Positions 1 through 9,592 of a stretch of DNA of 64,000 nt are shown here, in pieces. The position numbers were made by a program, and so were the translations under genes. The stretch comes from Escherichia phage adrianh: the sequence record MN850614.1; one strand, 5' to 3'. The notes below the pieces were generated by a model. That model had not been told where the DNA came from. It saw only the letters and a list, made by a program, of their open reading frames with translations, and made no database searches. Position 1 is the first letter of the stretch; every line of letters starts with the position of its first letter.

Positions 1-264
1 TAGTGTATTTTTCAGAACTCTACACACTACTCTGGTGGTGGTGGTGGTAGTATTGGTGTAGGACCGGGTTACACCGATGCTAACGGTGCTCACACCCACT
101 CTGTAAGTGGTACTGCCGCTTCTGCTGGTAACCATGCTCACAGTGTAGGTATCGGTGCTCACACTCATACAGTTAGTGGTAACACTGGTGGTACAGGTTC
201 TGGTTCAGCATTTAGTGTTACTAACCAGTTCTACAAGTTAATGGCTTGGGTAAGAACTGCTTAA
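1..264 (+). CDS. Tail fibre protein, C-terminal fragment (5' end outside window)
   Basis: Open frame running in from the window edge to a TAA at 262-264; Gly-rich translation with repeated HxH motifs (GAHTHSVSG, GNHAHSVG, GAHTHTVSG) typical of tail-fibre distal domains. Confidence 0.5.
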
Positions 265-343
265 TCCCTTGTTGACTGATTGTTAAGATGGTGTTAATAT
301 TCTTTATGGGTATTCTCACCATCTTGGCTGATGAGGTGATTAA

Positions 344-538
344 ATGCCTACAATCCTAGCAATTCTTCTAAAAAATCTAGGTAGCTTCTTCTGGAAACTC
401 ATTTTATCCCTTCTAAGTGAATACATGATTGAGAAAGTGTTCTTTAAGCTTGCAAGATACCTTGCGAGTAAAACAGACACACCTATTGATGATGAGTTCG
501 TAGATAACTTAGAAAAAGCTTTTAAGGGGGAGAAATAA
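344..538 (+). CDS. Small hydrophobic protein (possible membrane protein)
   Basis: 64 aa ORF with RBS GAGGTG about 6 nt upstream of ATG; hydrophobic N-terminus. Confidence 0.5.
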   Translation: MPTILAILLKNLGSFFWKLILSLLSEYMIEKVFFKLARYLASKTDTPIDDEFVDNLEKAFKGEK

Positions 539-910
539 ATGAAGTGGCTAGAGGAAGCTTTTAAAAATAATATTGGTGCAATTGTAGTTGGTATTTTTAG
601 TGTTATTGGGATGTATACCACTATGCAAGTTTCAAGTGGTAAGCAAGAAGTGTCTGTCACAACAAAGTTACAGCAGCTAGATAATTATTCCAAAAGTAAC
701 TATTCAGCTATTCGTGATTTACAGTCTGACATGAGACTGATTCAGCTAGGGATGGAGAACCAGAAAGTTCAGTTAGAGAATGTTAAGGGTGAAAACGCAA
801 AACTTACCAAAACTCTTGATAAATTCTCTGACAGTGTGAACAATCTGGCTCAATCAGTATCAGCCTTGCAAGCTATTACTGAGAAGAACACAAAGAATAC
901 TGAAAAATAA
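539..910 (+). CDS. Membrane-anchored coiled-coil protein
   Basis: 123 aa; strong RBS AAGGGGGAG; N-terminal hydrophobic segment then heptad-rich region; terminator follows. Confidence 0.55.
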   Translation: MKWLEEAFKNNIGAIVVGIFSVIGMYTTMQVSSGKQEVSVTTKLQQLDNYSKSNYSAIRDLQSDMRLIQLGMENQKVQLENVKGENAKLTKTLDKFSDSVNNLAQSVSALQAITEKNTKNTEK

Positions 911-916
911 AATTTT

Positions 917-946
917 AAGGCTCCTTTTTACGGGAGCCTTTTTTGT
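917..946. terminator. Rho-independent terminator between convergent genes
   Basis: GGCTCC / GGGAGCC hairpin followed by TTTTTT; lies between the stop at 910 (+) and the stop at 948 (-). Confidence 0.7.
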
Positions 947-947
947 T

Positions 948-1847
948 TTACTTGCCTACTGACAAAGGCGCTTCAATCTTTCCTGCATGTTGGTAGTTGT
1001 TAATGCCACCGATAAAGTCACTTGCAGTAAGATGTTTAAGGTCACTTAGGGTGTTAAGCTGTACACCAATCTCAAAAGTAGGTGCATGGAACTCTTCATT
1101 GTTCATCAGTTCATAAACCTGCTTCATATGGTTCTGGTAAATCTGAGTGTCTCCAAAGACACCTATCAAGTATCGTGGAGTGTATCCAGTCATCTTACAA
1201 AGAACTTCTAAGATGAAGCCATAAGACGCAATATTAAACGGAAGCCCTAGAAAGGTGTCTACAGAACGTTGATACCATTGTAAGTCAACTTCACCCTCGT
1301 TAGTGATATAAATCTGAAACAGAACATGACAAGGTGCTAAAGCCATCGAGTTGGCTGCAATATCTGCTGCATTCCAAGCATTAACAAGCATGTAACGGTC
1401 TGTGATATCACCTTTCATCTTCGTTACTAAGGTCTCTAACTGGTCTACAACACAACCGTTATGACCTTCAAAGTTTCTCCACTGAACCCCGTAGATTCTA
1501 CCACCTGCATCTTCTAACCAGTCTTGTTCAGAAGAATAGTTAGAGCTTAACCAACGTTTAAAATCATCTGACCAGATAGTCCAGCGTTCCCCATCATTTT
1601 CACCCCAAGTACGGTAGCGGAGTTCACCAAGTTTATTCTCACCATTCAGGAACCATAAAGCCTCCCCAATGACTTGCCGCGTAAACACCTGTTTAGATGT
1701 TAAGAGTGGGAAACCAGTTCTCATATCAAAACGAAATTGTGGTGGAGCAAATGCAGAGATAACATCTCCAGTTCGTGTAGTACGCAGTTCACCAACTGAT
1801 AAAACATGGTTCAGGATATTTTTGTAGCTTGTATCTGCTTGTGACAT
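948..1847 (-). CDS. thyA: Thymidylate synthase
   Basis: 299 aa; ThyA-like translation throughout; uninterrupted (no intron). Confidence 0.85.
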   Translation of the reverse strand: MSQADTSYKNILNHVLSVGELRTTRTGDVISAFAPPQFRFDMRTGFPLLTSKQVFTRQVIGEALWFLNGENKLGELRYRTWGENDGERWTIWSDDFKRWLSSNYSSEQDWLEDAGGRIYGVQWRNFEGHNGCVVDQLETLVTKMKGDITDRYMLVNAWNAADIAANSMALAPCHVLFQIYITNEGEVDLQWYQRSVDTFLGLPFNIASYGFILEVLCKMTGYTPRYLIGVFGDTQIYQNHMKQVYELMNNEEFHAPTFEIGVQLNTLSDLKHLTASDFIGGINNYQHAGKIEAPLSVGK

Positions 1848-1848
1848 A

Positions 1849-2394
1849 TTAAAAGTACCCTTTTACTTGTGGAACATAGATTTCAAAAGTTGCTTTACCA
1901 TCCTCTGATGGTTTTGACTGTACCTTTGTAAACACACGGTTATCATACAGTTTATCGAAGAAGTTTTCAAAAGGTAAATACACAGTGGCCTCTTCAGTGA
2001 CTTTATGGAAAACTGTATGGAAAACTACACCAGCATACGGCAAAGCATCGACAAGAACACCTGCACCACCAATTACAAAGACATCTTCATCAATAGAGCT
2101 ATCAAGATACTTCAAAAATGCTCCAAAGGATTCTTTACTGGCCTTAGCATACATTACATTATCTTTGTCAAAGTCTATGCCTAAGTATGGTACAGAATTT
2201 GTTAAGATGAGGTTTGCACGTTCTGGTAAAGGTTTACTACCCAGAGTCTTAAAAGTCTCATTACCCATGACTACTAAGTTATTTTTAGTGAGTCTCTTAA
2301 ACTCTTGCATGTCCTGTTTATGTCGAGGCCACGGCATACCAGTTGGAGTACCAAATTCACCGTTTTCACCACTTGCAAATATTAGCTTAATCAT
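1849..2394 (-). CDS. folA: Dihydrofolate reductase
   Basis: 181 aa; N-terminal DHFR pattern (MPW...FK..T...V.MG..T..S.G..PLP.R.N.IL); adjacent to thyA as in many phages. Confidence 0.8.
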   Translation of the reverse strand: MIKLIFASGENGEFGTPTGMPWPRHKQDMQEFKRLTKNNLVVMGNETFKTLGSKPLPERANLILTNSVPYLGIDFDKDNVMYAKASKESFGAFLKYLDSSIDEDVFVIGGAGVLVDALPYAGVVFHTVFHKVTEEATVYLPFENFFDKLYDNRVFTKVQSKPSEDGKATFEIYVPQVKGYF

Positions 2395-2651
2395 TTTGTA
2401 AACCCTTTCTTAATGAACCAGTTGATGACACTCTTCACAACTTTACTACGATGGTAGATAAAATGTGGAGAGGGTTGGTATGAACCATAAGCCCAGAAAG
2501 CGATAATTTCATTACACCCTGTGCATCGGGTACTTTCTTCAGCAATATGACCGTTGACTATTTCACTTACCTCACCTTGTAAGTCTGTACACCCACAATG
2601 TGGACAACGTATAGGCGTTCCATCAGACTCATAGCAGTGTTCAATTTTCAT
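2391..2651 (-). CDS. Small zinc-ribbon protein
   Basis: 86 aa with CPHCGC ... CTGC cysteine pairs. Confidence 0.45.
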   Translation of the reverse strand: MKIEHCYESDGTPIRCPHCGCTDLQGEVSEIVNGHIAEESTRCTGCNEIIAFWAYGSYQPSPHFIYHRSKVVKSVINWFIKKGFTK

Positions 2652-3167
2652 TTATTTAACCTCAAAAACTGGTTCAAGAACCAATATAAAGTCTACACAG
2701 TCATCTTCTTCATCCAGAATACCATCAAAGTTCTTAGGAACGAAGTCGAAGAGGCTCATAACAAAACAGTCAGAAGTAACCCTTATAGTACCTCCCATAT
2801 TCTCTACAGTTAGTACTGTACGACTTTCTTTTACCTCCCTCAGAAGATTACTCACAAAGTCATCTAAGAAGTACTTCATCAGTGACTTAAAACCTTTAGG
2901 GTAATCTGTACCAGAGTATGTTTCAATCTGGGGAACAAGCTTAACATTTATACTAGTCTTTGCTAAGAACGTGCTAGAGAACATACTATCAGGCAACTTG
3001 CAAACAGTCTTTCCAGTACCTTCATGTTCAATCTCAACAAAACCAGCTTCGTCGCCACATGTAACTATTTTAAAAGATGCTTCATTCTCATACTGTGAAG
3101 CCATAAACTTTTTAAGCATCTCTTTAAGGAAATCTGCATGAGCATCTTGTAAGAAGATATCAATCAT
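2652..3167 (-). CDS. Hypothetical protein
   Basis: 171 aa ORF packed in the minus-strand operon. Confidence 0.5.
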   Translation of the reverse strand: MIDIFLQDAHADFLKEMLKKFMASQYENEASFKIVTCGDEAGFVEIEHEGTGKTVCKLPDSMFSSTFLAKTSINVKLVPQIETYSGTDYPKGFKSLMKYFLDDFVSNLLREVKESRTVLTVENMGGTIRVTSDCFVMSLFDFVPKNFDGILDEEDDCVDFILVLEPVFEVK

Positions 3168-3180
3168 AGTTAATCACCTA

Positions 3181-3540
3181 TTATGGGAACAGACACTTAA
3201 TGTCATCGTTTTTGAAAACGAAACTTGTGTAATTGTGACCGTCAACATCCAGCCAAACAGCCTGAACATCTACACCATCAAGATTGTGGTAAAGCTCTTT
3301 GATGAAGTGGTCTTTCACAATCTGACTGCTAGTTGTTTCCAGCTTAATGTTTGAGATTGCTGAACCTACAGCCATATAACCCATGACACGTTTCTTCTCA
3401 GTATGCTTAATCTTACCATCTTTGTAAGCCATAATGAGATTGGAAAGAATCTTTACACCGTAATACTTTTCAAGGTGAGTAGGTACACCATAAAAGCCTA
3501 ATGCGAAGTTTTCAGAGTGGATAATGTTTTCACGTTTCAT
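3181..3540 (-). CDS. Hypothetical protein
   Basis: 119 aa ORF. Confidence 0.45.
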   Translation of the reverse strand: MKRENIIHSENFALGFYGVPTHLEKYYGVKILSNLIMAYKDGKIKHTEKKRVMGYMAVGSAISNIKLETTSSQIVKDHFIKELYHNLDGVDVQAVWLDVDGHNYTSFVFKNDDIKCLFP

Positions 3541-3541
3541 A

Positions 3542-3871
3542 TTAATCTGCCAGCCTTAAGTTAAAATTAACACCAAATTTTTCGCATACTTCCAACATAA
3601 ACTCAAGAGAGACATTACCAGTGAGATTGATTATGTTGGATACACGAGCCTGAGAGATACCACAAATTTTAGCAACTTGCTCTTGAGAAAGACCTCTGGA
3701 TTTAATCTCTCTCTTAAAACGATGTGCAACGAAATCTCTCATTTCGTCTACATCCATTGGACAAATATAACTCTCCATTTCAGCTTCTCTGTCAGCCTCC
3801 CAATTATCTTGTGGGGCATAAGGGTCAAAAGCTTCATTCATCTTTCTTCTTCCGTTTGCGTGAAGTATCAA
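3542..3871 (-). CDS. HTH DNA-binding protein (XRE/Cro-like)
   Basis: 109 aa; C-terminal helix-turn-helix-like segment LSQEQVAKICGISQARVSNI. Confidence 0.5.
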   Translation of the reverse strand: MILHANGRRKMNEAFDPYAPQDNWEADREAEMESYICPMDVDEMRDFVAHRFKREIKSRGLSQEQVAKICGISQARVSNIINLTGNVSLEFMLEVCEKFGVNFNLRLAD

Positions 3872-4046
3872 TCAATGAATCTATGTTTGTAGCCCTAACC
3901 TTTTCACGTTCATCGTTAAGATAATCATCAAGAGCCTTTTCAATCTGTGAATCATCTTGACAGATAACTGTAAAGACTGTAAAGCCATCTGTATCGTCAA
4001 TTATCTTACCATAACCGCTTCTGGGATGTAACTTTTTAAGAGCCAT
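3834..4046 (-). CDS. Hypothetical small protein
   Basis: 70 aa ORF; lysine-rich C-terminus. Confidence 0.35.
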   Translation of the reverse strand: MALKKLHPRSGYGKIIDDTDGFTVFTVICQDDSQIEKALDDYLNDEREKVRATNIDSLIDTSRKRKKKDE

Positions 4047-4047
4047 A

Positions 4048-4431
4048 TCAAATACCTGTGCAGCTTCTGTTTTCTAAGAAATACTCAACACCGTACATAG
4101 CTTTTTGCATCAAATCTTCTTTAAACTGGATACGATGATTAAGCATAGCTTGTACATCAATATCATCATGGTGTTTCTCTTTAATATTTGCAGATTGCAG
4201 GAAATACTCTGCAAGAACGCGATATTGATAGTCAGTCACCTTATCAGTCATCTCTGTCAAAGACTCTTCAGAGATTGGTTTAAGTAGCTCACCATTAGCT
4301 AGAGCAACACCTTTTACAATCTGGCAAGTATCTTCTGGAACACCTGACAAGTCCACATTTGGAAGTTCTGTTGCATTGACTGGTAAATTCATTGCCATAA
4401 CCATTGCAGCAGCTAATAAAATCTTTTTCAT
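4048..4431 (-). CDS. Secreted/periplasmic protein
   Basis: 127 aa; N-terminal signal-peptide-like MKKILLAAAMVMAMNLPVNA. Confidence 0.5.
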   Translation of the reverse strand: MKKILLAAAMVMAMNLPVNATELPNVDLSGVPEDTCQIVKGVALANGELLKPISEESLTEMTDKVTDYQYRVLAEYFLQSANIKEKHHDDIDVQAMLNHRIQFKEDLMQKAMYGVEYFLENRSCTGI

Positions 4432-4640
4432 AATGACCTCAAAGTTATATTAAATTTTGTATTACGTTGAGTATAAAAATAAGCTATAACACCTGACTTG
4501 TCAACAGATTTTATAGCTTATTTGGCAGATTTTTTATAAGGCTACTGCCATCCTTCCATACATTACCTAACCAAGCCGAACATCACACAACCAGACCGAG
4601 CCGCACCCCGCCTTATTAAAAGACCCTGTTTAAAGACCTT

Positions 4641-4666
4641 TTAAAAAGGAGCCTCCGAAGAGGCTG
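4641..4666 (-). terminator. Rho-independent terminator (minus strand)
   Basis: GAGCCTC-CGAA-GAGGCT hairpin; on the minus strand it is followed by a T-run (plus-strand AAAAA at 4643-4647). Confidence 0.55.
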
Positions 4667-4676
4667 CCTAGTCAAC

Positions 4677-5117
4677 TTAGAAAGGTTTTCTACGTTGCTT
4701 GTTAATGTTAGCTTTCATAGCAGCTAAATGGTTTTGCTGTTCAATTAGTCGTGAACGTTCTTGATGGCTAAGTGCCATAGTGTTCACATTCTCAATTGCT
4801 TGAGTGGCTTGCTTTAAAGCTCGACCAATCTTACCAGACATTTTACGTTTTGCAATAGTTGCTTGATGTTTAGGCTCAACCACACGATAACCAACACCCA
4901 TTGAAGCAACCAGATAAATCTTCTCTTCTTTAAGAAGCTTTTCAATAAACTTCTCAAGTCGGTTTAGTCGTGTAAGTGCATAAGCCTTCATTTCATCTTC
5001 GTACTTAACAATGTCACCTTGATAAGTTGGCTTCACAATACCTAAGAAGGTATCCATCTCAGGATGTGATACAGTGTCACCGTAACTAAACTTTGCTGCT
5101 AATGCTTTTGTATTCAT
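4677..5117 (-). CDS. Hypothetical protein
   Basis: 146 aa ORF. Confidence 0.5.
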   Translation of the reverse strand: MNTKALAAKFSYGDTVSHPEMDTFLGIVKPTYQGDIVKYEDEMKAYALTRLNRLEKFIEKLLKEEKIYLVASMGVGYRVVEPKHQATIAKRKMSGKIGRALKQATQAIENVNTMALSHQERSRLIEQQNHLAAMKANINKQRRKPF

Positions 5118-5119
5118 AA

Positions 5120-5725
<606 letters not shown>

Positions 5726-6133
5726 TTAGTTGATTATTAAGTTGTTTGTAAAGAACCCTCAACAGAAGACTCTTTAGAAACTTGGTAGATTTTTAACGTG
5801 GCTACTACCATCCACCCATACCTTACCTTACATTACCCGACCTCACAGAACACTACCGTACCAAACCGTACCGGGCTACACATCACTTAAAAACCCTCTT
5901 AGAAGACTCTTAAGTGATGCTGGTGAGTACCCGTTGGTTTATGATGCTCAGTATACTCACCAAATTTTCTATGTCAACAACTTTTATAAAAAAGTTCTGA
6001 TAGCTATATGCGTCACGAAACAAAAGATTGTAAACAAGACACCCATTGCAAAAGATGTGTCCAAAAGCTTACTTGTGATGTAAGACAATACAAAGACAAC
6101 CAGTATAAACAAAATGACTGTACTGAACATAGT

Positions 6134-7237
6134 TTACTCATAATCCCTAATAACTAGCCCGACAGGGAACTGTAAAGAACCCTTACGAGTCATCTTCTGG
6201 AACTGAACCGTTAAAGGCTTCCCGATAAACTCTTCAGGATGTTCAGCAAGATACTGTTTCTTCTCATGAGTAGTCTTCCATGAGACATCTACAAAGACGT
6301 TAGGAAGAGTCTCTACAACGAACTTACCATGACCACGCTTATCGGTCTTGACACCAGTCACTTTAAACTCTTCAGTGTGCATCTTCTTGTGCTTAATCAA
6401 GAAGTATGAACGGTGACAACACTCATAGAAGGAGTCTTCAGAGATTGAACGGTACATTGCACCTTCAAACTTAGCTTCAACCCACTTATCGTGAGCTTCA
6501 TCAAACTCTTCCCAAGAATTTACACGACGAGACTTAACAGGAACAACTTTACAGCCGTCTCTAAAGTCATTCAATGGTGAAGTCTCAATAATATCTCTAC
6601 GCTCAGGCCACGTCTTAGTACTGTCACAGATATCGTACCAGTAAAACTTGAGCAAGTGTCTGTCAGGATTGTCTTCATTTTTAATCATGGAGACGATATC
6701 TTCTAAGTCCCACCCATGAGCATAAATCTCTCCATCAAATTCATCAACATCTTTGTGGAGCCTTAACATTGCCATAATGTCAGGTATTAGTTCAGTAGGG
6801 ATTTTGTAAACAGTATTCTCACGAGAATATGCTGTAAATACACTGCCAATACTCAAGTGCCTTGAAATCCTACAACGGACACCATCAAGTTTCGGTTGAG
6901 CATCAGCAGGGAACTTCAGATACTTTGCATGGCTAACCTTTGCAGCATCATGAGCAAGCTGTACACCTACCTTCTCAGTATTCTGTGCAGAATCTTTTGT
7001 GTAAGCATAACCTTTGCGGTCAACTTGCTTTTTATACTTAGCAGCAACTTCAAAGAGAGCTTGCTGTTCAGCATTACGCTCATTCTTTTTACCGATGTTT
7101 TTAGGTTCTGCTGTATACTCTTCAAACATCATCTTGCCATTTTCTTTACCGTAGGTTGTAATAACTTTGTCACCTACAGCAACGCATGACCAAACGTTGA
7201 AAGAGCCGTCTTTATTTTGTTTGTATAGAATTGTCAT
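6134..7237 (-). CDS. ATP-dependent DNA ligase
   Basis: 367 aa; adenylation motif I KLDGVRC (KxDG). Confidence 0.8.
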   Translation of the reverse strand: MTILYKQNKDGSFNVWSCVAVGDKVITTYGKENGKMMFEEYTAEPKNIGKKNERNAEQQALFEVAAKYKKQVDRKGYAYTKDSAQNTEKVGVQLAHDAAKVSHAKYLKFPADAQPKLDGVRCRISRHLSIGSVFTAYSRENTVYKIPTELIPDIMAMLRLHKDVDEFDGEIYAHGWDLEDIVSMIKNEDNPDRHLLKFYWYDICDSTKTWPERRDIIETSPLNDFRDGCKVVPVKSRRVNSWEEFDEAHDKWVEAKFEGAMYRSISEDSFYECCHRSYFLIKHKKMHTEEFKVTGVKTDKRGHGKFVVETLPNVFVDVSWKTTHEKKQYLAEHPEEFIGKPLTVQFQKMTRKGSLQFPVGLVIRDYE

Positions 7238-7242
7238 TCAAA

Positions 7243-7767
7243 TTACCTTAGCATGTGTGATTTTACTGGAATAAAGATACCAAATTGTGAGACTGCTAAA
7301 CCAGATAGTGACATACACTGTTCAGGTAAGTACACAAAAGCCCCTGTGTAGAAGTCTATAAAAGAACCATCATCTTGTTTGCAGGCTAGTTTTCCATAAC
7401 CATAGTTGTACAACTTTAATGAACCATCCTCATACTTTGAGTAGTTCTTGAACTGAACATTAAAAGCATATTCAGAGAACCTTGTGTACAGGTCATAAAG
7501 CAATCCAATACTGTCGTCGACTATTGCTACACCAAACTTTTTACAAATATCCACATAGTTTTTGTATAATTTATTATGATTTTCAGGTGTTGCAAAGTTT
7601 GTATACCAATGTTCTAAGATAGATAACTTAATTGGCTGATTTTTAGAATATTCTAATACCTTCATGTCATACCAAGATTTCCTAAGTCTGACATCATCTA
7701 GCCTTAAATTTTGAGACACTTCGCGGAAGTTTTTGATGATTATATTTCTGCGCCTGTTGTCAATCAT
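7243..7767 (-). CDS. Hypothetical protein
   Basis: Start moved to the internal ATG (MIDNRRRN) because it has RBS AGAGGA upstream and removes the overlap with the gene at 7770-7961. Confidence 0.45.
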   Translation of the reverse strand: MIDNRRRNIIIKNFREVSQNLRLDDVRLRKSWYDMKVLEYSKNQPIKLSILEHWYTNFATPENHNKLYKNYVDICKKFGVAIVDDSIGLLYDLYTRFSEYAFNVQFKNYSKYEDGSLKLYNYGYGKLACKQDDGSFIDFYTGAFVYLPEQCMSLSGLAVSQFGIFIPVKSHMLR

Positions 7768-7769
7768 AA

Positions 7770-7961
7770 TCAATCCTCTGAGTGATACCAAGTGTTGCAA
7801 GCATTACATGCGTAAAGCTCTAAGTCATTTTTATCTGGTTTATGAAAACAGTTCGCTCCGCAGTGGCAACGAAATGGCTTTCCACCAACTGTCAGGACGA
7901 AGGACTGAATCTTTCCATCAGGAGTTCGTACAGCATTTTTATGCTTATCTTCTTTGTTCAT
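7770..7961 (-). CDS. Small zinc-finger protein
   Basis: 63 aa with CHC ... CNAC cysteine/histidine pattern. Confidence 0.45.
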   Translation of the reverse strand: MNKEDKHKNAVRTPDGKIQSFVLTVGGKPFRCHCGANCFHKPDKNDLELYACNACNTWYHSED

Positions 7962-8164
7962 TTCCTCTTGCCACCAATTTCTACGTCAATAACTTGAACA
8001 TCACCAGCAACATCAAACTTATGAATGATGCTTTCCACAGTGTAAGTCCAATCCTCAATGCGAACCAACTCACCTTCTCGTGGGACGATTGGATTACGTT
8101 GAGCTACCGTTGTAGTGGAGTGAACAACATCATAACGATAGATATAGTTTACTAATACTTCCAT
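7958..8164 (-). CDS. Hypothetical small protein
   Basis: Start set at the internal ATG (MEVLVNY) preceded by RBS GAGGT, which removes the overlap with the lipoprotein ORF. Confidence 0.4.
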   Translation of the reverse strand: MEVLVNYIYRYDVVHSTTTVAQRNPIVPREGELVRIEDWTYTVESIIHKFDVAGDVQVIDVEIGGKRK

Positions 8165-8174
8165 CGTTAAAACC

Positions 8175-8432
8175 TCACTCAATAACCGTAGTATGTGATT
8201 GACCATTTTTGCCATAGCTATAAGATGTTGTTGTTTGAGAGTTTGGGCATCTGACAACAACAATATCTCTGCTTATAGCATCACCATTGAGTTTGTAGAT
8301 TTTGCAGTCTTGCATCTCTGGAGGGAGGCTGTAAGAAGCATCTTTGTTTTCATAAGATGGGTTGCAGCCAGCCAGAAAAATTACTCCAAGTGCAACCATT
8401 GCTTTCACACAACTCTTAACCTTATTGTTCAC
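8175..8432 (-). CDS. Small lipoprotein
   Basis: 85 aa; signal peptide ending in lipobox-like LAGC. Confidence 0.5.
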   Translation of the reverse strand: MNNKVKSCVKAMVALGVIFLAGCNPSYENKDASYSLPPEMQDCKIYKLNGDAISRDIVVVRCPNSQTTTSYSYGKNGQSHTTVIE

Positions 8433-8564
8433 GATAGTCTACCTCTCTGTATGTTTTTAAATAGTGAGTGATGAGTTCTGGTAATTCACTACGTTTAACG
8501 TTTGAACGAAGAAGTGTCCAGTCAAAACCTTTACCAACCCTTCCCCAGAGACTGTACATTTTCT

Positions 8565-8798
8565 TCATAGCAACTCCAGAATATCAATACGTTCGCCTTT
8601 GAGTACTCCAGTACGGTCTTTTGCAATCTTACCGTCAACGATAAGGATGTGTGTAGACCTTAAAGCATCGTTGTTAAAGGTTTTTACGAACTTGCTAGGC
8701 ATGACTACAATGGACATCTCCTGAATTAACTCTGGAGTGTAGCAGTTATCATGAAGTTGCTGAATAACGTCTGCAAGTGTCATTTTTGGTGTCTCCAA
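8565..8798 (-). CDS. Hypothetical protein
   Basis: 77 aa ORF. Confidence 0.4.
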   Translation of the reverse strand: METPKMTLADVIQQLHDNCYTPELIQEMSIVVMPSKFVKTFNNDALRSTHILIVDGKIAKDRTGVLKGERIDILELL

Positions 8799-8989
8799 TA
8801 CTCAATATCAATAAGTTCTTGTGCAATACTTTTCAGATTACCTTTCAAGAAAACCTTCTCAGAACCTGAAAGAGATGAATTGTCAATTAACCTGCTCATC
8901 CTCTCAAACAACTTCTGTTTACGGTTCTTGATAGTTTCCTTTGAAGCACCTTTCATCATCGCTGCATGGGTTCTTCCACGGTGGCTCAT
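8780..8989 (-). CDS. Hypothetical protein
   Basis: 69 aa ORF. Confidence 0.35.
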   Translation of the reverse strand: MSHRGRTHAAMMKGASKETIKNRKQKLFERMSRLIDNSSLSGSEKVFLKGNLKSIAQELIDIEYWRHQK

Positions 8990-9040
8990 AATCCCTCCTA
9001 TATAAGATATTGTATAAGGTACTCTTCCATGAGCACCTTG

Positions 9041-9592
9041 TCAAGATAGTTTTGCAAACTCTCCGTGGAGTTTAATAGCAGCTTCACAGTAAGCTTTATG
9101 GGCTTCTTCTGGTGTGTCAAACATACCAAGATGATAGTTTTTACCTTGTAAACGTATCATTGCTCGAAACCTTTTACTTATCTTCTGTACACCTTTTGGC
9201 AACCCAGATGGGGACTCTCTTGACCGATTGCAAGAGTTTTGTGAAGCTGTACAAACCCTTAAATTCAAGTACCTATTGTCCCAACCGTCCCCATTCTTAT
9301 GGTCAACCTGTAAGGTTTTATCAGGTAGATATCCATCCATATACAAGATAACTAAACGATTTGCTTGGTAACCCCTTCCATCAATCAGCAACTGAACTGA
9401 CTTGTGTCCATCAGTATTTGTTCTGTAGTTTCCAGCCCTCTTACCTCCAAATCTAGAGTTAAAGTTTGCATTACCTTCTCTAAACTTCCAAGTAAAGACC
9501 CCTGTTTCGGGGTCGTAGTCCAATAGCCCCTTAAGACGAATTTCTGTAATCATTTCAACACCATCAATGCACTTCCAACCAGCTCTTACCAA
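9041..9592 (-). mobile_element. HNH homing endonuclease gene (183 aa)
   Basis: HNH-type motif (QVDHKNGDGWDNRYLNLRVCTASQN); N-terminal segment YDPETGVFTWK shared with the second HNH ORF at 19132; sits immediately downstream of the polymerase gene. Confidence 0.7.

Noticed and set aside
340-660. 106-aa ORF on the minus strand
   Set aside because: It overlaps two plus-strand ORFs that each have a good RBS and sensible ends; the minus-strand frame is low-complexity and lacks an RBS.
6896-7189. 97-aa ORF antisense to the DNA ligase gene
   Set aside because: Lies entirely inside the ligase frame on the opposite strand; hydrophobic low-complexity translation.
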